From an uncultured Gammaproteobacteria bacterium (GTDB lineage Bacteria; Patescibacteriota; Patescibacteriia; UBA9934; CAMTUG01): a stretch of 64,000 nt of DNA. Both the position numbers and the translations under genes were made by a program. The stretch is from positions 5,677-69,676 of the forward strand of contig CAZPQJ010000004.1 of assembly GCA_964588955.1 (NCBI GenBank). Reading direction: 5' to 3'. Positions within the stretch are counted from its first letter, which is position 1. Every line of letters begins with the position of its first letter. Below are positions 1-10,714 of this stretch, in pieces. The notes below the pieces were generated by a model. The model did not search any database and was not told the origin of the DNA. It saw only the letters and a program-made list of their open reading frames with translations.

Positions 1-492
1 TTCTAGCGTGACCACAACTTCGTCATAGTCGTTGTAATCTTTTCCAAACGGACCATCCCAAATCAACGCAAAGGTGCCGTCGGCATTTTTATCCATTGAA
101 CCGGTAGAGAAAAAATCAAAGGGTTCAGCACGTACGAGCCATCCTTGATAGTGCCAGCCTTCGGACGGATCCGAAAGATGAGCTACGAGCGTGTGGTGAA
201 AGGTATGATCTTGCACTTCACGGCTAGCAATGGCGAGTCCCACATGATCGACGTTGTACACCGTCGCTTCCTCGCGATCACGACGAATAGGCGCTTGACC
301 ATTAGCAACAATGGAAATGACTTGATTTTCGGTGACGGTAGATGTGTCGGCAACCGGGCCGTTGCTTTGTCGGCGAAACCAGCTAATGCCACCAAAAAAG
401 ACCGCCACACCAATCACCAGCAAGGCAAGGGATTTATAATGCGACGTGCCGCGAACGGGCGTGTGTGATGATCGATAGGAACGTTGGTGCAT
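1..492 (-). CDS. hypothetical membrane-anchored protein, partial (C-terminus runs off the window start)
   Basis: Minus-strand reading frame open from 492 (ATG) to base 1, not in the ORF track because no stop lies in the window. One N-terminal hydrophobic segment (SLALLVIGVAVFFGGISWF) is followed by a soluble region; it starts 10 nt after the uvrD stop. Confidence 0.4.
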   Translation of the reverse strand, partial: MHQRSYRSSHTPVRGTSHYKSLALLVIGVAVFFGGISWFRRQSNGPVADTSTVTENQVISIVANGQAPIRRDREEATVYNVDHVGLAIASREVQDHTFHHTLVAHLSDPSEGWHYQGWLVRAEPFDFFSTGSMDKNADGTFALIWDGPFGKDYNDYDEVVVTLE

Positions 493-501
493 AGATCGTT
501 A

Positions 502-2643
502 TTATAACTCGTCGACGCCGCTCAAAAAACCCGAGGCTTTGGATTTCTTTTTCGGCTCCCCAAGCGCATCGAGAACAATCATCGGTCCGTCGTCACAAAA
601 ATCATCATCCGCCCGATCCATAAACGACCAATCTTTTTTCCCAAGATTCTGCGTGCCAGACAAAAATCCCGGATTCACCGCGCGGCGCAGCTTCACTTCT
701 TCGACCAGTCCTTTGGGCAGTTCTGACAAAAACATCGACGGCTGACGCATCTCCATCGTTTCATAGCCGCTCATCATGGGGTAGGTCAAAAATAACTGTT
801 TACGGGCGCGGGTAGCGGCGACATAAAACAACCGCCGCTCTTCTTCGAGCCCGCCCTTTTCCCCCATCGCGCGAGGATGCGGAAAGGCACCGTCGGTTAA
901 GTTGATCACAAACACCGCATCCCATTCGAGTCCTTTGGCTTGATGGATCGTCGACAAAACCATCTTGTCTTGCTGTTCCAATGACTCCCCTTCCTCAATT
1001 GCGCCGTAATCGTCTTTCAATGTTACTTCCTCAAGAAAGGTCGTGAGATCCGTATACTGTTCAGAAAAGATGGCAAATTGCTCAACGTCTTCTAGCCGAT
1101 CAGCAAAGTTAACATACTCTGCTTCCAAGTAATCTTGATAGCTCGATCCCGCCACGGCACGAATCAGCGCCGCGGGTGTACGATCGGTTTTCAGCATCCG
1201 GGCGATGTTACTCGTGAGTGTTTGCCAACCGTTCATCGACCGGCCACTCGCAAAGTTCGCCGGATCAGCCGCAACAACCGCGTCAATCGTCTCGTACTGT
1301 TGCGCCGCTTCGGTGATTTTCGCCGCCGTCACTTCCCCAATCCCCACTTGATGAGACAGCACACGCACCCAAGCCGTGGTGTCTTTCGGATTAGCAATCA
1401 ACCGCACATACGCGACGACATCTTTCACATGGGCGCGTTCAAAAAACTTCATCCCTCCGCGATACTCGTAAGGTACATTACGCCGAGCAAGTTCCATTTC
1501 CAGTGCCTGACTGTGGTGTGCCGCGCGAAAGAGGACGCAGATTTCTTTGAACAATGACCCCTTGTCGCGCAACTGTAAAATCTGCTCAGCCACGTACTGT
1601 GCCTCTTGTCGAGAGTCTCCCGCCGGCACCACGCATGGCTTTTCAAAACCTGGTCGCACGGCTTTCAACTCTTTTTGAAACTGATCAACGTTTTGTTCAA
1701 TCACCGCGTTGGCCAACCCCAAAATCTCTGGCGTCGAACGATAGTTTGTTTGCAAACGAAACACCTTGGCATCGCCATAGCCATCGGGAAACTTCAAGAT
1801 ATTTTGAATCTGCGCCGCGCGGAATGAATAAATAGACTGCGCGTCATCACCGACAACAAGCACGTTGCGGTGATACGAGGTGAGATGCTTCACAATCCCC
1901 GCTTGAATCACGTTGGTGTCTTGGTACTCATCGACCAGGACATAACGAAAACGCTTACTCAACGCCTCGCGCACGGCTGGATTCGTGTTAAGTAACTCAG
2001 ATAGCAGTAACAACAAATCATCAAAGTCCATCGTTCCCGAAAACTTCTTGCGCTCGCCATACACTTCAGCAACACGCTCGATAGTTGGCAACAAATCGAA
2101 AAAGTGTGGATGTTTGTCTTCAATCACCTCGGCGATCGTTTGTGACGAATTGCGGGCGTAGGAAATAATGGAGTGAATCACCGACGGCGAAGGAAAACGC
2201 TTGGCTTTGGTGTCGATCTTCAAATCACGAATACAGAACTTCACCAAGTCGTGCGCATCGTCCGCATCCATAATGGTAAAGTTCGGCTGATAGCCAATGA
2301 GGTGGGCGTACTGGCGAAGAATCCGATTAGCAACGGAGTGGAACGTGCCGCCCCAAAGTCCGGTCGGGTACCCGTGCATCAACTCCTGCACCCGACTCAT
2401 CATCTCCTTGGCCGCTTTGTTGGTGAAGGTCAAAAGCAGAATCTCCTCGGCCGGCACCCCCGACTCCAGCAAATAGGCCACCCGATAAGTAATGGTCCGC
2501 GTCTTTCCCGATCCCGCTCCCGCCAATACCAAACACGGCCCGTCGCCGTGAATAACCACGTCCAGCTGCTCAGGATTTAACTCCTGTTGATAGTCAATCT
2601 TGTAGCTCGCAGGAGCGGTATTGGAGAGGATGAATTCTTTCAT
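502..2643 (-). CDS. uvrD: UvrD/PcrA-family ATP-dependent DNA helicase
   Basis: 713 aa; Walker A motif AGAGSGKT near the N-terminus, with TFT, DEYQDTN and QNYRS helicase motifs, as in superfamily 1 UvrD/Rep/PcrA. Confidence 0.9.
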   Translation of the reverse strand: MKEFILSNTAPASYKIDYQQELNPEQLDVVIHGDGPCLVLAGAGSGKTRTITYRVAYLLESGVPAEEILLLTFTNKAAKEMMSRVQELMHGYPTGLWGGTFHSVANRILRQYAHLIGYQPNFTIMDADDAHDLVKFCIRDLKIDTKAKRFPSPSVIHSIISYARNSSQTIAEVIEDKHPHFFDLLPTIERVAEVYGERKKFSGTMDFDDLLLLLSELLNTNPAVREALSKRFRYVLVDEYQDTNVIQAGIVKHLTSYHRNVLVVGDDAQSIYSFRAAQIQNILKFPDGYGDAKVFRLQTNYRSTPEILGLANAVIEQNVDQFQKELKAVRPGFEKPCVVPAGDSRQEAQYVAEQILQLRDKGSLFKEICVLFRAAHHSQALEMELARRNVPYEYRGGMKFFERAHVKDVVAYVRLIANPKDTTAWVRVLSHQVGIGEVTAAKITEAAQQYETIDAVVAADPANFASGRSMNGWQTLTSNIARMLKTDRTPAALIRAVAGSSYQDYLEAEYVNFADRLEDVEQFAIFSEQYTDLTTFLEEVTLKDDYGAIEEGESLEQQDKMVLSTIHQAKGLEWDAVFVINLTDGAFPHPRAMGEKGGLEEERRLFYVAATRARKQLFLTYPMMSGYETMEMRQPSMFLSELPKGLVEEVKLRRAVNPGFLSGTQNLGKKDWSFMDRADDDFCDDGPMIVLDALGEPKKKSKASGFLSGVDEL

Positions 2644-2729
2644 AGCCCACAGAGTTTATCACGTCTCAACCCTGGACAAAAGGCATCAACTTTGCCACAA
2701 TCCGCTCGCCCCACAACCCCGAGGATCCC

Positions 2730-3734
2730 ATGACTGATTTCACCCGCATCGACCCACGCAACATCACGAACGACCTCTACGAGCAACTCCACGCCGGCAC
2801 ACTGAGCCTCGACTACCTGCGTTGGTCAATCGAAGATGATCAACCCCAGGAGGTGCGCGGGCGAGAGTACGATTCACACGCCACCCTCACCTGGATCATC
2901 ATCAACACCAAGACCTTGCAGGAGTCCCTCATTGCAGATGTTCCCGCCTTCCTTCGTGAGCTCTTCGTCACCGGACCGTACGGTCCGGTGTGGATGGACG
3001 CACTCATGCGAGGCAAGACCCCCGGTATCACCGTGATGCCAGAAGATGACATCGTGCGATTGGTCATCGCTCATGCCGACAGCAAGACGACCCGACTCAA
3101 GCTCGACTGGGTGCGTCACCTGTTGGAAAGTCATGTCGACTCCGAAGTGGTCGAATTCCTGCTCACTACCGTGTTCACCCAGTCCATCAACCACTTGTTC
3201 ATGCTCTACGACGTCGAGGCTTCGCGCTACTGGAAAGAGCCACAGGTGGAGTGGTTCGACCGTATCTGCAAGCGACTGCTGTCAAAAGCTGTCCGCGCCT
3301 GCAAAATGGACAAAAAGTACAAACGCACGAGCCTCTTGCTCGGCGCGCGGCTTCGGCAGCGCTACCCCGAGGCAAAGGAAACCCGCGCTCTGGAGTTCTG
3401 GATCGCCGCCGGCTTCACCCCGAAGAACGCCGCCCGCGCCTACGCCGAAATCGTCCAAAAGGTCGGGGTGATCCCCAATGGCGACGAGGTGTTGCGGTCC
3501 AAGGTGCGCAACTGCGGCTGGACCTTCGCCCATGTGCGACGCAAGACCGTGCTCAGCTTCCCGTGTATCTCCGGGCGCGAGGAGGCTCTCTTCGACACCC
3601 CTCGTAGCCACTGGCAAACGGATCCGGCCGGAGAGGAAACCTGGGAGGTGCTCGTACCGACCCGACTTCTCGACGCGGCAGGAAGCGTCAGCGAATCCTC
3701 CGTCGTCACTGTCACCCGCCCCCGCTATTCCTGA
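2730..3734 (+). CDS. hypothetical protein (GC-rich orphan)
   Basis: Uninterrupted 334-codon ORF with visibly higher GC than flanking genes; no recognisable motif. Confidence 0.55.
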   Translation: MTDFTRIDPRNITNDLYEQLHAGTLSLDYLRWSIEDDQPQEVRGREYDSHATLTWIIINTKTLQESLIADVPAFLRELFVTGPYGPVWMDALMRGKTPGITVMPEDDIVRLVIAHADSKTTRLKLDWVRHLLESHVDSEVVEFLLTTVFTQSINHLFMLYDVEASRYWKEPQVEWFDRICKRLLSKAVRACKMDKKYKRTSLLLGARLRQRYPEAKETRALEFWIAAGFTPKNAARAYAEIVQKVGVIPNGDEVLRSKVRNCGWTFAHVRRKTVLSFPCISGREEALFDTPRSHWQTDPAGEETWEVLVPTRLLDAAGSVSESSVVTVTRPRYS

Positions 3735-3788
3735 TCTCTCATCAACGCGCCCTCGAAGCCAAGCTGGTCTTCGAGGGCGCCGTTCTTT

Positions 3789-4082
3789 TTATTCCTCCCA
3801 ACTAATAATCTGAAATCCGTATTTTTCAATGTCTTCTTTGCTCCACCACTGCTCGATGATGAGATCTTTCGTCCGCGCCACACGGCTGACGGTTTTAGTC
3901 ATCTCACGTCCAGTATATTCCTGCTTCTCTTGATCCCATTCCTTCAACACCAACTCGTCGCCAGGCGCGCAGTCCCAATCCGCCAGACGCATTTCGTAGT
4001 GCTTCTTGCCATCAAGGATCCATTGAAACCACGGCGTCCAAACTTTCTTTTCGTGGCGCATACGTATAACACAGGCAGGCAC
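3789..4082 (-). CDS. ASCH-domain protein
   Basis: 97 aa; ILDGKKHYEMRL ... PGDELVL matches the ASCH core (GxKxxExR followed by GD). Confidence 0.55.
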   Translation of the reverse strand: MPACVIRMRHEKKVWTPWFQWILDGKKHYEMRLADWDCAPGDELVLKEWDQEKQEYTGREMTKTVSRVARTKDLIIEQWWSKEDIEKYGFQIISWEE

Positions 4083-4100
4083 ATGGGCCTGCCCCTACCA

Positions 4101-4751
4101 TTATCGAAATAATTTTGAACTCCAAGTCAACACCTGCCCGTCGCCGACGAGACGGAAACGATCCCCTTCGCAAATGATAGCCAAACCGTCGGGCAAACCA
4201 ATGATCGGATGCAGGGGTTTCTGTCGAGCGAACTTGTCGAAATAAATCTTGTCGCCTGGTTTCATGTGCACCGCCACCATAAATGGCACCTGACGCAGCC
4301 CACGCGTGTCCTCGAGCATCACATCATTCTTATCCGCCGACGGACCGACCCCGGCCGTTTCGATACTGGTGCCAACAACAATACTTCCCGCACTGACACC
4401 CACATACACTTTATCTCCCGCAAGCAATTCTTTCAGCTTGGCATCAAACTTACTTTCACGAACCCACTTCAGCAAGTAGTACGTGTTTCCCCCTTCAACA
4501 AAAATCAATCCGCAATCATCAAGCTTGGCCAAATCCTCCGGCACTTTCAGATCGATGTCGATCACATCGGAAAATCCCAATGATTCAAGAGCCGCGCGAT
4601 CTTTCAACAAGTACGTCTTATCTTGTGTCTCTGGCTCCGACGCAGTAGCAATAAAACCCACTTTTGTCTCGCCCGGCGGAGTGGGAAGCATTTTCACCAT
4701 CTCTTTGGCGAGCTCCGGAGTAAACTCAGACGTTAACAGCAATTTACGCAT
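4101..4751 (-). CDS. peptidase S51 family (dipeptidase E-like)
   Basis: 216 aa; GGNTYYLL and GVSAGSIV motifs typical of the PepE/cyanophycinase fold. Confidence 0.7.
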   Translation of the reverse strand: MRKLLLTSEFTPELAKEMVKMLPTPPGETKVGFIATASEPETQDKTYLLKDRAALESLGFSDVIDIDLKVPEDLAKLDDCGLIFVEGGNTYYLLKWVRESKFDAKLKELLAGDKVYVGVSAGSIVVGTSIETAGVGPSADKNDVMLEDTRGLRQVPFMVAVHMKPGDKIYFDKFARQKPLHPIIGLPDGLAIICEGDRFRLVGDGQVLTWSSKLFR

Positions 4752-4796
4752 AATTTCCTTTTTATCTTTTCTCCTATTTTCTCTTTTTCTCCGCCT

Positions 4797-6491
4797 TTAC
4801 CACGACCCTCCCCCACCTCCACCAAATCCCCCACCAGAGAATCCTCCCCCGTGCGAGGCACCGCTCTTGGGTGCCGCAACGGTGGCCAGATGACTGGTGA
4901 GATCATTCATGCGAGAAGAAAAGTCGGCAGCGTTGAAGTTCATGAGCGATGGACCAATGTACCAGGCCGGGTGAATCGCTTCGGCGTGCACGGTCGCAAA
5001 CGCTTTGGCCCACTTGTCGGCGATGCCAAAAATCATGGCGTACGGCAAGTACTTCTCAAAGATTCCCTCTTTCTCTTGCCACTCCAAACGATATTTCTCT
5101 GCGGTGGTCAAGAACACCTTAAATCCTTTAGCCACATCGAACGCCTCTGCTCCCTTTTTTGTACGTTTGGCCATGAGCCAACCAAACAGCAAAATAATAC
5201 CACCTGTCAGCATCACCGCGAGACTGAAGGACGGAAATCCCAAAAAGGCCACGACTATGCCCAAGCCCATCCACGCCGCGCGCGCACGGGAGGGGTTGGC
5301 GGCAAAATAGCCTTCGCTCACCAGTCGCTCCTCCAAGGCTTTTTCAGCCGGGCGCTTATCTTTGGCAAATTGATTTTTCAAATCATCTTCTGTGGTCGAT
5401 GTGCGTCCATTTTTGAACAAGGCGTTCAGTAGAAGGGTCTCCCACTCGCGCAACTCTCCCCCACCAGAAACTTTTTCCAAAGTAAACGTTTTGCGATCTG
5501 GCCCAAAGCGATCTTCCGTACGCTCGATAATTTTTAGGTGTCCGCGCACAGCCAATTCAACAATGGCTGCCGAGAAAAATTCTTTCCGTACCCCCATGCC
5601 AAACAATATCCCCATTTCCGCCGCCAACAATCCCTTCGGCGGCTCATACTCCGGCACGATCGTCCCGCGACCCTTGGGATCACGCCCGTAACGATGCCAG
5701 CGCCAAAACATAAAGAGAAGGGTGAGGAGCGGCAGCACCCAAATGACGTATTTTCCGATCGCTTGTAACGCTTGAAACTCCGCACTCTGATACGTCGGTG
5801 GCGGCACCGTCACCAATCCCTTTGGCCAGGCAAAGGCGATAGTCAAAAAGTCATTCGAGGTGCCCGCCAGCATGGTTCGGCCAGAAAAAGCCGTGGTGCA
5901 ATCTGATGCGGTGGAGCCAGCGGCACCGGTGTAGCACGCGAGCGAAACATCCTCTTGCGCAAACGTCGCCTCGGCGGGAAGCTGCACGTGCACGGACGCT
6001 TCGCTCGGCGGCGTATCCCAATCCGTCCCGGTCACGTTCCAATACAACTCCGTTTGATCCGCCAAATCCACTAAGGCTCCGTGCACCCGATAATGCAACA
6101 CATAATACTGCGGACCATTTACGGTGGCCTCCGCGCTGCCAATCCGCAATGAAAGCGCGTCACCATTGCTCGCGTTGGTCTCAATCGGTTTCCCGCCAAG
6201 ATCAGTAACACTGACGTTATCGATCGTCGTGACCAACGTGGCTCCGCTATCGGTGCGGTAGTGTGTCGGGATAACACGATAAATCCCATGCTTGGGAACG
6301 GCAAAGTCGGCAAGAATTGTTTCAGTGACGTCAAAACTCCCATCCGCATTGACCTGAATCACGTCATCAAAACGGTTCAAATACAAATCGGCTGCTTGGA
6401 CGGAAGCAGGAGAAAGCAGGAGAAAAAGAGAAAAACAAAGACTAGCGGTAGAGAGCCTTGTTGGCCAGGTGTTGATCATACGTTTCCGCAT
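4797..6491 (-). CDS. DUF2207-family membrane protein
   Basis: 564 aa; signal peptide, large N-terminal extracytoplasmic domain, several TM helices and a Gly-rich C-terminal tail (GGGFSGGGFGGGGGGSW), the DUF2207 architecture. The start overlaps the mltG 3' end by about 50 nt. Confidence 0.7.
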   Translation of the reverse strand: MRKRMINTWPTRLSTASLCFSLFLLLSPASVQAADLYLNRFDDVIQVNADGSFDVTETILADFAVPKHGIYRVIPTHYRTDSGATLVTTIDNVSVTDLGGKPIETNASNGDALSLRIGSAEATVNGPQYYVLHYRVHGALVDLADQTELYWNVTGTDWDTPPSEASVHVQLPAEATFAQEDVSLACYTGAAGSTASDCTTAFSGRTMLAGTSNDFLTIAFAWPKGLVTVPPPTYQSAEFQALQAIGKYVIWVLPLLTLLFMFWRWHRYGRDPKGRGTIVPEYEPPKGLLAAEMGILFGMGVRKEFFSAAIVELAVRGHLKIIERTEDRFGPDRKTFTLEKVSGGGELREWETLLLNALFKNGRTSTTEDDLKNQFAKDKRPAEKALEERLVSEGYFAANPSRARAAWMGLGIVVAFLGFPSFSLAVMLTGGIILLFGWLMAKRTKKGAEAFDVAKGFKVFLTTAEKYRLEWQEKEGIFEKYLPYAMIFGIADKWAKAFATVHAEAIHPAWYIGPSLMNFNAADFSSRMNDLTSHLATVAAPKSGASHGGGFSGGGFGGGGGGSW

Positions 6492-7458
6492 ACATGACTT
6501 TACCCTCCTCGGTTGTCAAAAAGTAATAGTAGGGGTTGGGTGTTGGATGGGCGGCGGCGATGATCGAGGCAATCCCTGGGTTGGAGATGGGTCCTGGAGG
6601 GAGTCCAGGATATTTATACGTATTGTACGGCGAATCGGTTTCCTTGTCGTCAAGGGAAATTCCTGGAGACTTTTTGCCGGTAATGTAGTTGACGGTGGAA
6701 TCTGCTTGCAAGGCCATGCCAATGTCTAGTCGTTTCTGAAAAATATCGGCAACGTTGCCGCGATCCGCATCTGTCATGACTTCGCGCTCGACAATGGAAG
6801 CAAGGGTCAACACTTCGTGGAGATTGCCCGTCTTGATAATGTCTCCAAGATCGTCGGCGTGTTCGACTAACCGTTGATCCATGGTCTCAAGCATGATGCG
6901 AGCAACGTCCTCGGCTGTCGCATCTTGCGCAAATCGATAGGTATCGGGGAAAAGATACCCTTCCAAGTCGACGTCATCAGGTTTGTCACTCAACAACGCT
7001 AACGTATCTTCAAATGGAGAATCAACCCCCGTAGCTGCCTGCCAGTCGACATCGGAAAAACCCAATTTACTTTCCACAAGCGTGCCGATTTGTGTGAGGG
7101 TGTAGCCTTCCGGAATCGTTACTTCCGCATCGGTTTGTTTATGGCCGTAACGTAAGGTGATAAATAATCCGGCAATTCCCGTTCCGCGAGAAATTTCATA
7201 CGTACCGGCTTGCAAGCGATTATCCCGTTTGACGTATCGCACAAATACTTCAAACAACCAGGCGCTGTCAATCAAGCCCTTTTCCTTCAACGAGGCGGCG
7301 ATCTCGCGAGCGCTTTCTCCCGGCGTAATCGTAAAGGAAACGGCATCGGACGCATCCGTTGGCTGTTTCCAAATTTGACCGCCAACCCAAATCATCCCGC
7401 CAAGCATCGTAAAGACCAGCACCACAAGAACCATTAGCACCCAAAACATCTTTCTCAT
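6442..7458 (-). CDS. mltG: endolytic murein transglycosylase MltG (YceG-like)
   Basis: 338 aa; N-terminal TM anchor then YceG-like domain (LFxDTYRF, QADSTVNY, YNTYKYPGLPPGPI). Confidence 0.85.
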   Translation of the reverse strand: MRKMFWVLMVLVVLVFTMLGGMIWVGGQIWKQPTDASDAVSFTITPGESAREIAASLKEKGLIDSAWLFEVFVRYVKRDNRLQAGTYEISRGTGIAGLFITLRYGHKQTDAEVTIPEGYTLTQIGTLVESKLGFSDVDWQAATGVDSPFEDTLALLSDKPDDVDLEGYLFPDTYRFAQDATAEDVARIMLETMDQRLVEHADDLGDIIKTGNLHEVLTLASIVEREVMTDADRGNVADIFQKRLDIGMALQADSTVNYITGKKSPGISLDDKETDSPYNTYKYPGLPPGPISNPGIASIIAAAHPTPNPYYYFLTTEEGKVMYAETYDQHLANKALYR

Positions 7459-8552
7459 AAAAATTTACTCATTCCCCGCTTTTTGAGTTCAGCCACGATC
7501 TGCTTCACTTGCTGCGCGCGATCACGCGGAGCGATCAAAAGAGCATCCTCGGTGTCGATGACAATCAAATCGTCTAGCCCCACAAGTGCCAGAACTTTCT
7601 TTTCCGAGGTGCACAACAAATTTCCTTTAGCTTCCACGCAAACCACCTGCCCGCGAGTAACATTTTTATGTTCGTCGGCTTCATCGTGGATGCGTACATC
7701 ATAAATCGCTCTCCAGTCGCCTATATCGCGCCAGCCAAAATTTCCTGGCACCACGGCCATCTTGCCGCCCTTCTCTAGAACAGCCACGTCGATAGAAACG
7801 TTAGGAAGCTTGGTAAAAGCATCTGTGATGATCTCTTTGCTATTGGCTTTTCCAACCGCCGCTTGGATGCGGAGCAATTCGCGGTAAATGTCTGGTGCGT
7901 GTTCACGATAGCGTTCCAAAAACGGACCCGCTTCTGAAACAATCAAGGTTGGATTCCATAAATAATCACCAGAGAGCACGTATTCCGCCGCCCGCTCCGC
8001 GTCTGGTTTCTCCACAAATTTGTCGACCGTGTGCGCTAAACGCTGACGACCTTCCGCTCCAACCCAGGCGGCGGCAGGACCCAAATGAATGTAGCCGTAG
8101 CCTGTCTCCGGATAATGCGGTTTTACCCCGATCAACACCACATGTCCCGGTTTCTTGCGCGCCAATTCATCGGCCATGGTGATCGCCTCCACGTACTCTT
8201 CGGCATCAGTCACGTGCGCGTCGGAGTTGATCACCACAAATGTCTCTTCAGGGTCTTGTTTGGCAATCATTGCCACCACCGCTCCAATCGCCGCGGCAGT
8301 GCCTTTACGTTCCGGCTCGACAAACACATTCTTTGGAGGGATTTTTGGTAACTGTGCTTTGACCGTAGCCGCATCAGACACGCCTGTCGCCACATACATC
8401 TCTTCCGGCTTCAAAAACGTTGCCAAACGACTATAGGTCATTTGCAAAAGTGTTTTTCCACCCAAAATGCTCTGCAGCTGCTTAGGTTGTTTTTCTCGAG
8501 ACAATGGCCACAACCGCGTCCCAGATCCACCGGCTAAAATAATCGCTTTCAT
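7455..8552 (-). CDS. mannose-1-phosphate guanylyltransferase-like sugar-phosphate nucleotidyltransferase
   Basis: Start reassigned to the internal MKAIILAGGSGTRLWPLS (ATG at 8552), the canonical nucleotidyltransferase G-loop. The ORF-track start at 8624 adds a non-homologous leader and would overlap the PAP2 gene. Confidence 0.75.
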   Translation of the reverse strand: MKAIILAGGSGTRLWPLSREKQPKQLQSILGGKTLLQMTYSRLATFLKPEEMYVATGVSDAATVKAQLPKIPPKNVFVEPERKGTAAAIGAVVAMIAKQDPEETFVVINSDAHVTDAEEYVEAITMADELARKKPGHVVLIGVKPHYPETGYGYIHLGPAAAWVGAEGRQRLAHTVDKFVEKPDAERAAEYVLSGDYLWNPTLIVSEAGPFLERYREHAPDIYRELLRIQAAVGKANSKEIITDAFTKLPNVSIDVAVLEKGGKMAVVPGNFGWRDIGDWRAIYDVRIHDEADEHKNVTRGQVVCVEAKGNLLCTSEKKVLALVGLDDLIVIDTEDALLIAPRDRAQQVKQIVAELKKRGMSKFL

Positions 8553-8562
8553 AGGTAGTTGT

Positions 8563-9114
8563 TTACCACTTCGTAAACAGGAAGTCCACCAAAGCAAACA
8601 CAACAGATACAAACCACGCTCCACATGTTCCGATCAAGGCTCCCGCAAGGATATCGGTTACATAATGCACACCGACCAGCACCCTGGCAAGAGCAATGGA
8701 ACTTGCCAGCACTGCCAAAAGGATGGCGATCCACACGACCGGATGCCAAAAAATGATGAAAAATGCCACCGTCGCGAAGGCAATCGTCGAGTGTCCAGAA
8801 GGAAACGATGGCGTATAAACACGAATGGGTAAGTGCCAAGCGTCTGGCATGCGTTCGTAGGGACGCTTGCGGCGAATGAGAAAACTTAACACAATAGAAA
8901 AAACGTGCGGCGCGCCAACGGCAACAAACAGCATCAATAAATACAGCGCGTAACCTTCTTGCGTGCGTATGAATGCTGGATAGCACACAATCGTCGCGCC
9001 GAAAAAGGCCCACACCATGTACTTGGCAAACAACGTCGCCAAAAACTCGCGGGCGGGATACCCGTCGGCCCAACCATCAAGTTTCGTGGAGATGTATTCG
9101 TCAAAACGCAACAT
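8563..9114 (-). CDS. PAP2-family phosphatase (undecaprenyl-diphosphatase-like)
   Basis: 183 aa polytopic membrane protein with PAP2 signature motifs PSGHS and GVHYVTD. Confidence 0.8.
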   Translation of the reverse strand: MLRFDEYISTKLDGWADGYPAREFLATLFAKYMVWAFFGATIVCYPAFIRTQEGYALYLLMLFVAVGAPHVFSIVLSFLIRRKRPYERMPDAWHLPIRVYTPSFPSGHSTIAFATVAFFIIFWHPVVWIAILLAVLASSIALARVLVGVHYVTDILAGALIGTCGAWFVSVVFALVDFLFTKW

Positions 9115-9118
9115 ACGT

Positions 9119-10711
9119 TTACATTAACGCGGATCCAGTCATTTCCGGTGGCTGGGGCAAATCCATCAGCTTCAAGATTGTTGGGGCAACATCGGGCAAC
9201 ATCCCTACCGGTAATGAAAGCGACAAATCCCCTCCCGGCACTTCGCCAGCAGGCGAGGCTTGCCCTTCCAAAGCGGCGCTGACAATCAAAAACGGCACCG
9301 GATTGGTGGAATGCTCTTTGTCGATGTCCCCGGTTTGCAAATTGCGAACCTCTTCCGCGTTACCGTGATCAGCCGTAATAAACACAGCCCCACCAGCGGA
9401 GACCGCCGCGGAAACAATCTTACCAACACACCCATCCACGGCTTCTACTGCCTCTTTGGTGGCCTCCAGGTTTCCGGTATGCGCCACCATGTCGGCATTG
9501 GCGAAGTTTGCCACAATCACATCGTACGCCCCGCCGCGAATCTCTTTGACGACGCGATCGGTGATGGCATCAGCAGACATTCTTGGTTCCTGATCGTAAC
9601 TGGCCACCTGCGGAGAAGGAATAATCACGCGTTCCTCACCAGAAAAAGGCTCTTCGCGTGTCCCGTTCAAAAAGAAGGTCACGTGAGCGTACTTTTCTGT
9701 TTCGGCAATGTGCAGTTGTTTTAGCCCGTGCTCGGCAAACACTTCCGCCAGGGTTTGACGAACCACCAGAGGCGGATAGGCCACGTCTACCGGCAAACGT
9801 GTTTCGTATTCTGCCATGGTAACAAATTCTAAATTCGGAATTTGCTGGCGAGGGAATGCGTCGAACTCAGGCAAGACAAAAGCTTTGGTCAATTCGCGGG
9901 CTCGGTCGGGACGAAAGTTGAAAAAAATCACCGCGTCATTCTCTCCGATCGTTGCCACGGGATGACCGTTCTCAAGCAAGACCGTCGGCGGAAGCTGTTC
10001 GTCATACACTTCCTTGGCATACGATGCCTTCATCGCCACAAGCGCGTCTTCCGCTGTTACCTCTGCCATGCCTCGTGCCATGGCATTGTACGCTTTTTCC
10101 ACCCGATCCCAACGGTTGTCGCGATCCATAGCATAAAAACGTCCACACAGTGTAGCTAGCTTACCTGTTTTTAACTGACGCATCTTTTCCTGCAACGTAG
10201 AAATAAAATCAAATCCGGCGTTATACAGCGTATCGCGCCCATCTAAAATCGCGTGAACAAATACTTGAGAAAGTCCTTGATTCGCGGCTAACTGCAACAA
10301 GGCATGCGCGTGGGTATCCATGGCGTGCACCCTCCCCCCAGACACCAGGCCCACAAGATGCAATTTACTGTTGTGTGTTTTCACCTGCTCAATCGCTTTT
10401 AAAAAAGCCGCGTTGCGAAAAAAATCTCCGAGAGCAATGTCGCGATCGATGCGCGGCAGCATTTGGTAATAAACGCGTCCAGCGCCAATCGCCAAATGTC
10501 CCACCTCAGAATTTCCCATCTCTCCCCAGCTCAACCCCACGTCTTCACCGGAAGCGCGCAACGTCATAGCCGGATAGCGACGTATAATATCGTTCATCAC
10601 CGGCGTTTTCGCCTGCGTGATCGCGTTCCCTTCGGCGGCAGGTGCCACCCCCCAACCATCAAGGATGAGGAGCACGGCCGGTTTGGGACGTTTCACCTGT
10701 TGATCGTCCAT
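9119..10711 (-). CDS. gpmI: 2,3-bisphosphoglycerate-independent phosphoglycerate mutase
   Basis: 530 aa; N-terminal LLILDGWG, metal-binding ADHGN region, iPGM length. Confidence 0.9.
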   Translation of the reverse strand: MDDQQVKRPKPAVLLILDGWGVAPAAEGNAITQAKTPVMNDIIRRYPAMTLRASGEDVGLSWGEMGNSEVGHLAIGAGRVYYQMLPRIDRDIALGDFFRNAAFLKAIEQVKTHNSKLHLVGLVSGGRVHAMDTHAHALLQLAANQGLSQVFVHAILDGRDTLYNAGFDFISTLQEKMRQLKTGKLATLCGRFYAMDRDNRWDRVEKAYNAMARGMAEVTAEDALVAMKASYAKEVYDEQLPPTVLLENGHPVATIGENDAVIFFNFRPDRARELTKAFVLPEFDAFPRQQIPNLEFVTMAEYETRLPVDVAYPPLVVRQTLAEVFAEHGLKQLHIAETEKYAHVTFFLNGTREEPFSGEERVIIPSPQVASYDQEPRMSADAITDRVVKEIRGGAYDVIVANFANADMVAHTGNLEATKEAVEAVDGCVGKIVSAAVSAGGAVFITADHGNAEEVRNLQTGDIDKEHSTNPVPFLIVSAALEGQASPAGEVPGGDLSLSLPVGMLPDVAPTILKLMDLPQPPEMTGSALM

Positions 10712-10714
10712 AGA

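Noticed and set aside
4483-4893. 136-aa ORF ending in a poly-Pro tract
   Set aside because: Antisense to the Gly-rich tail and signal region of the DUF2207 gene; the PPPPPP run is the reverse complement of the GGGGGG coding sequence.
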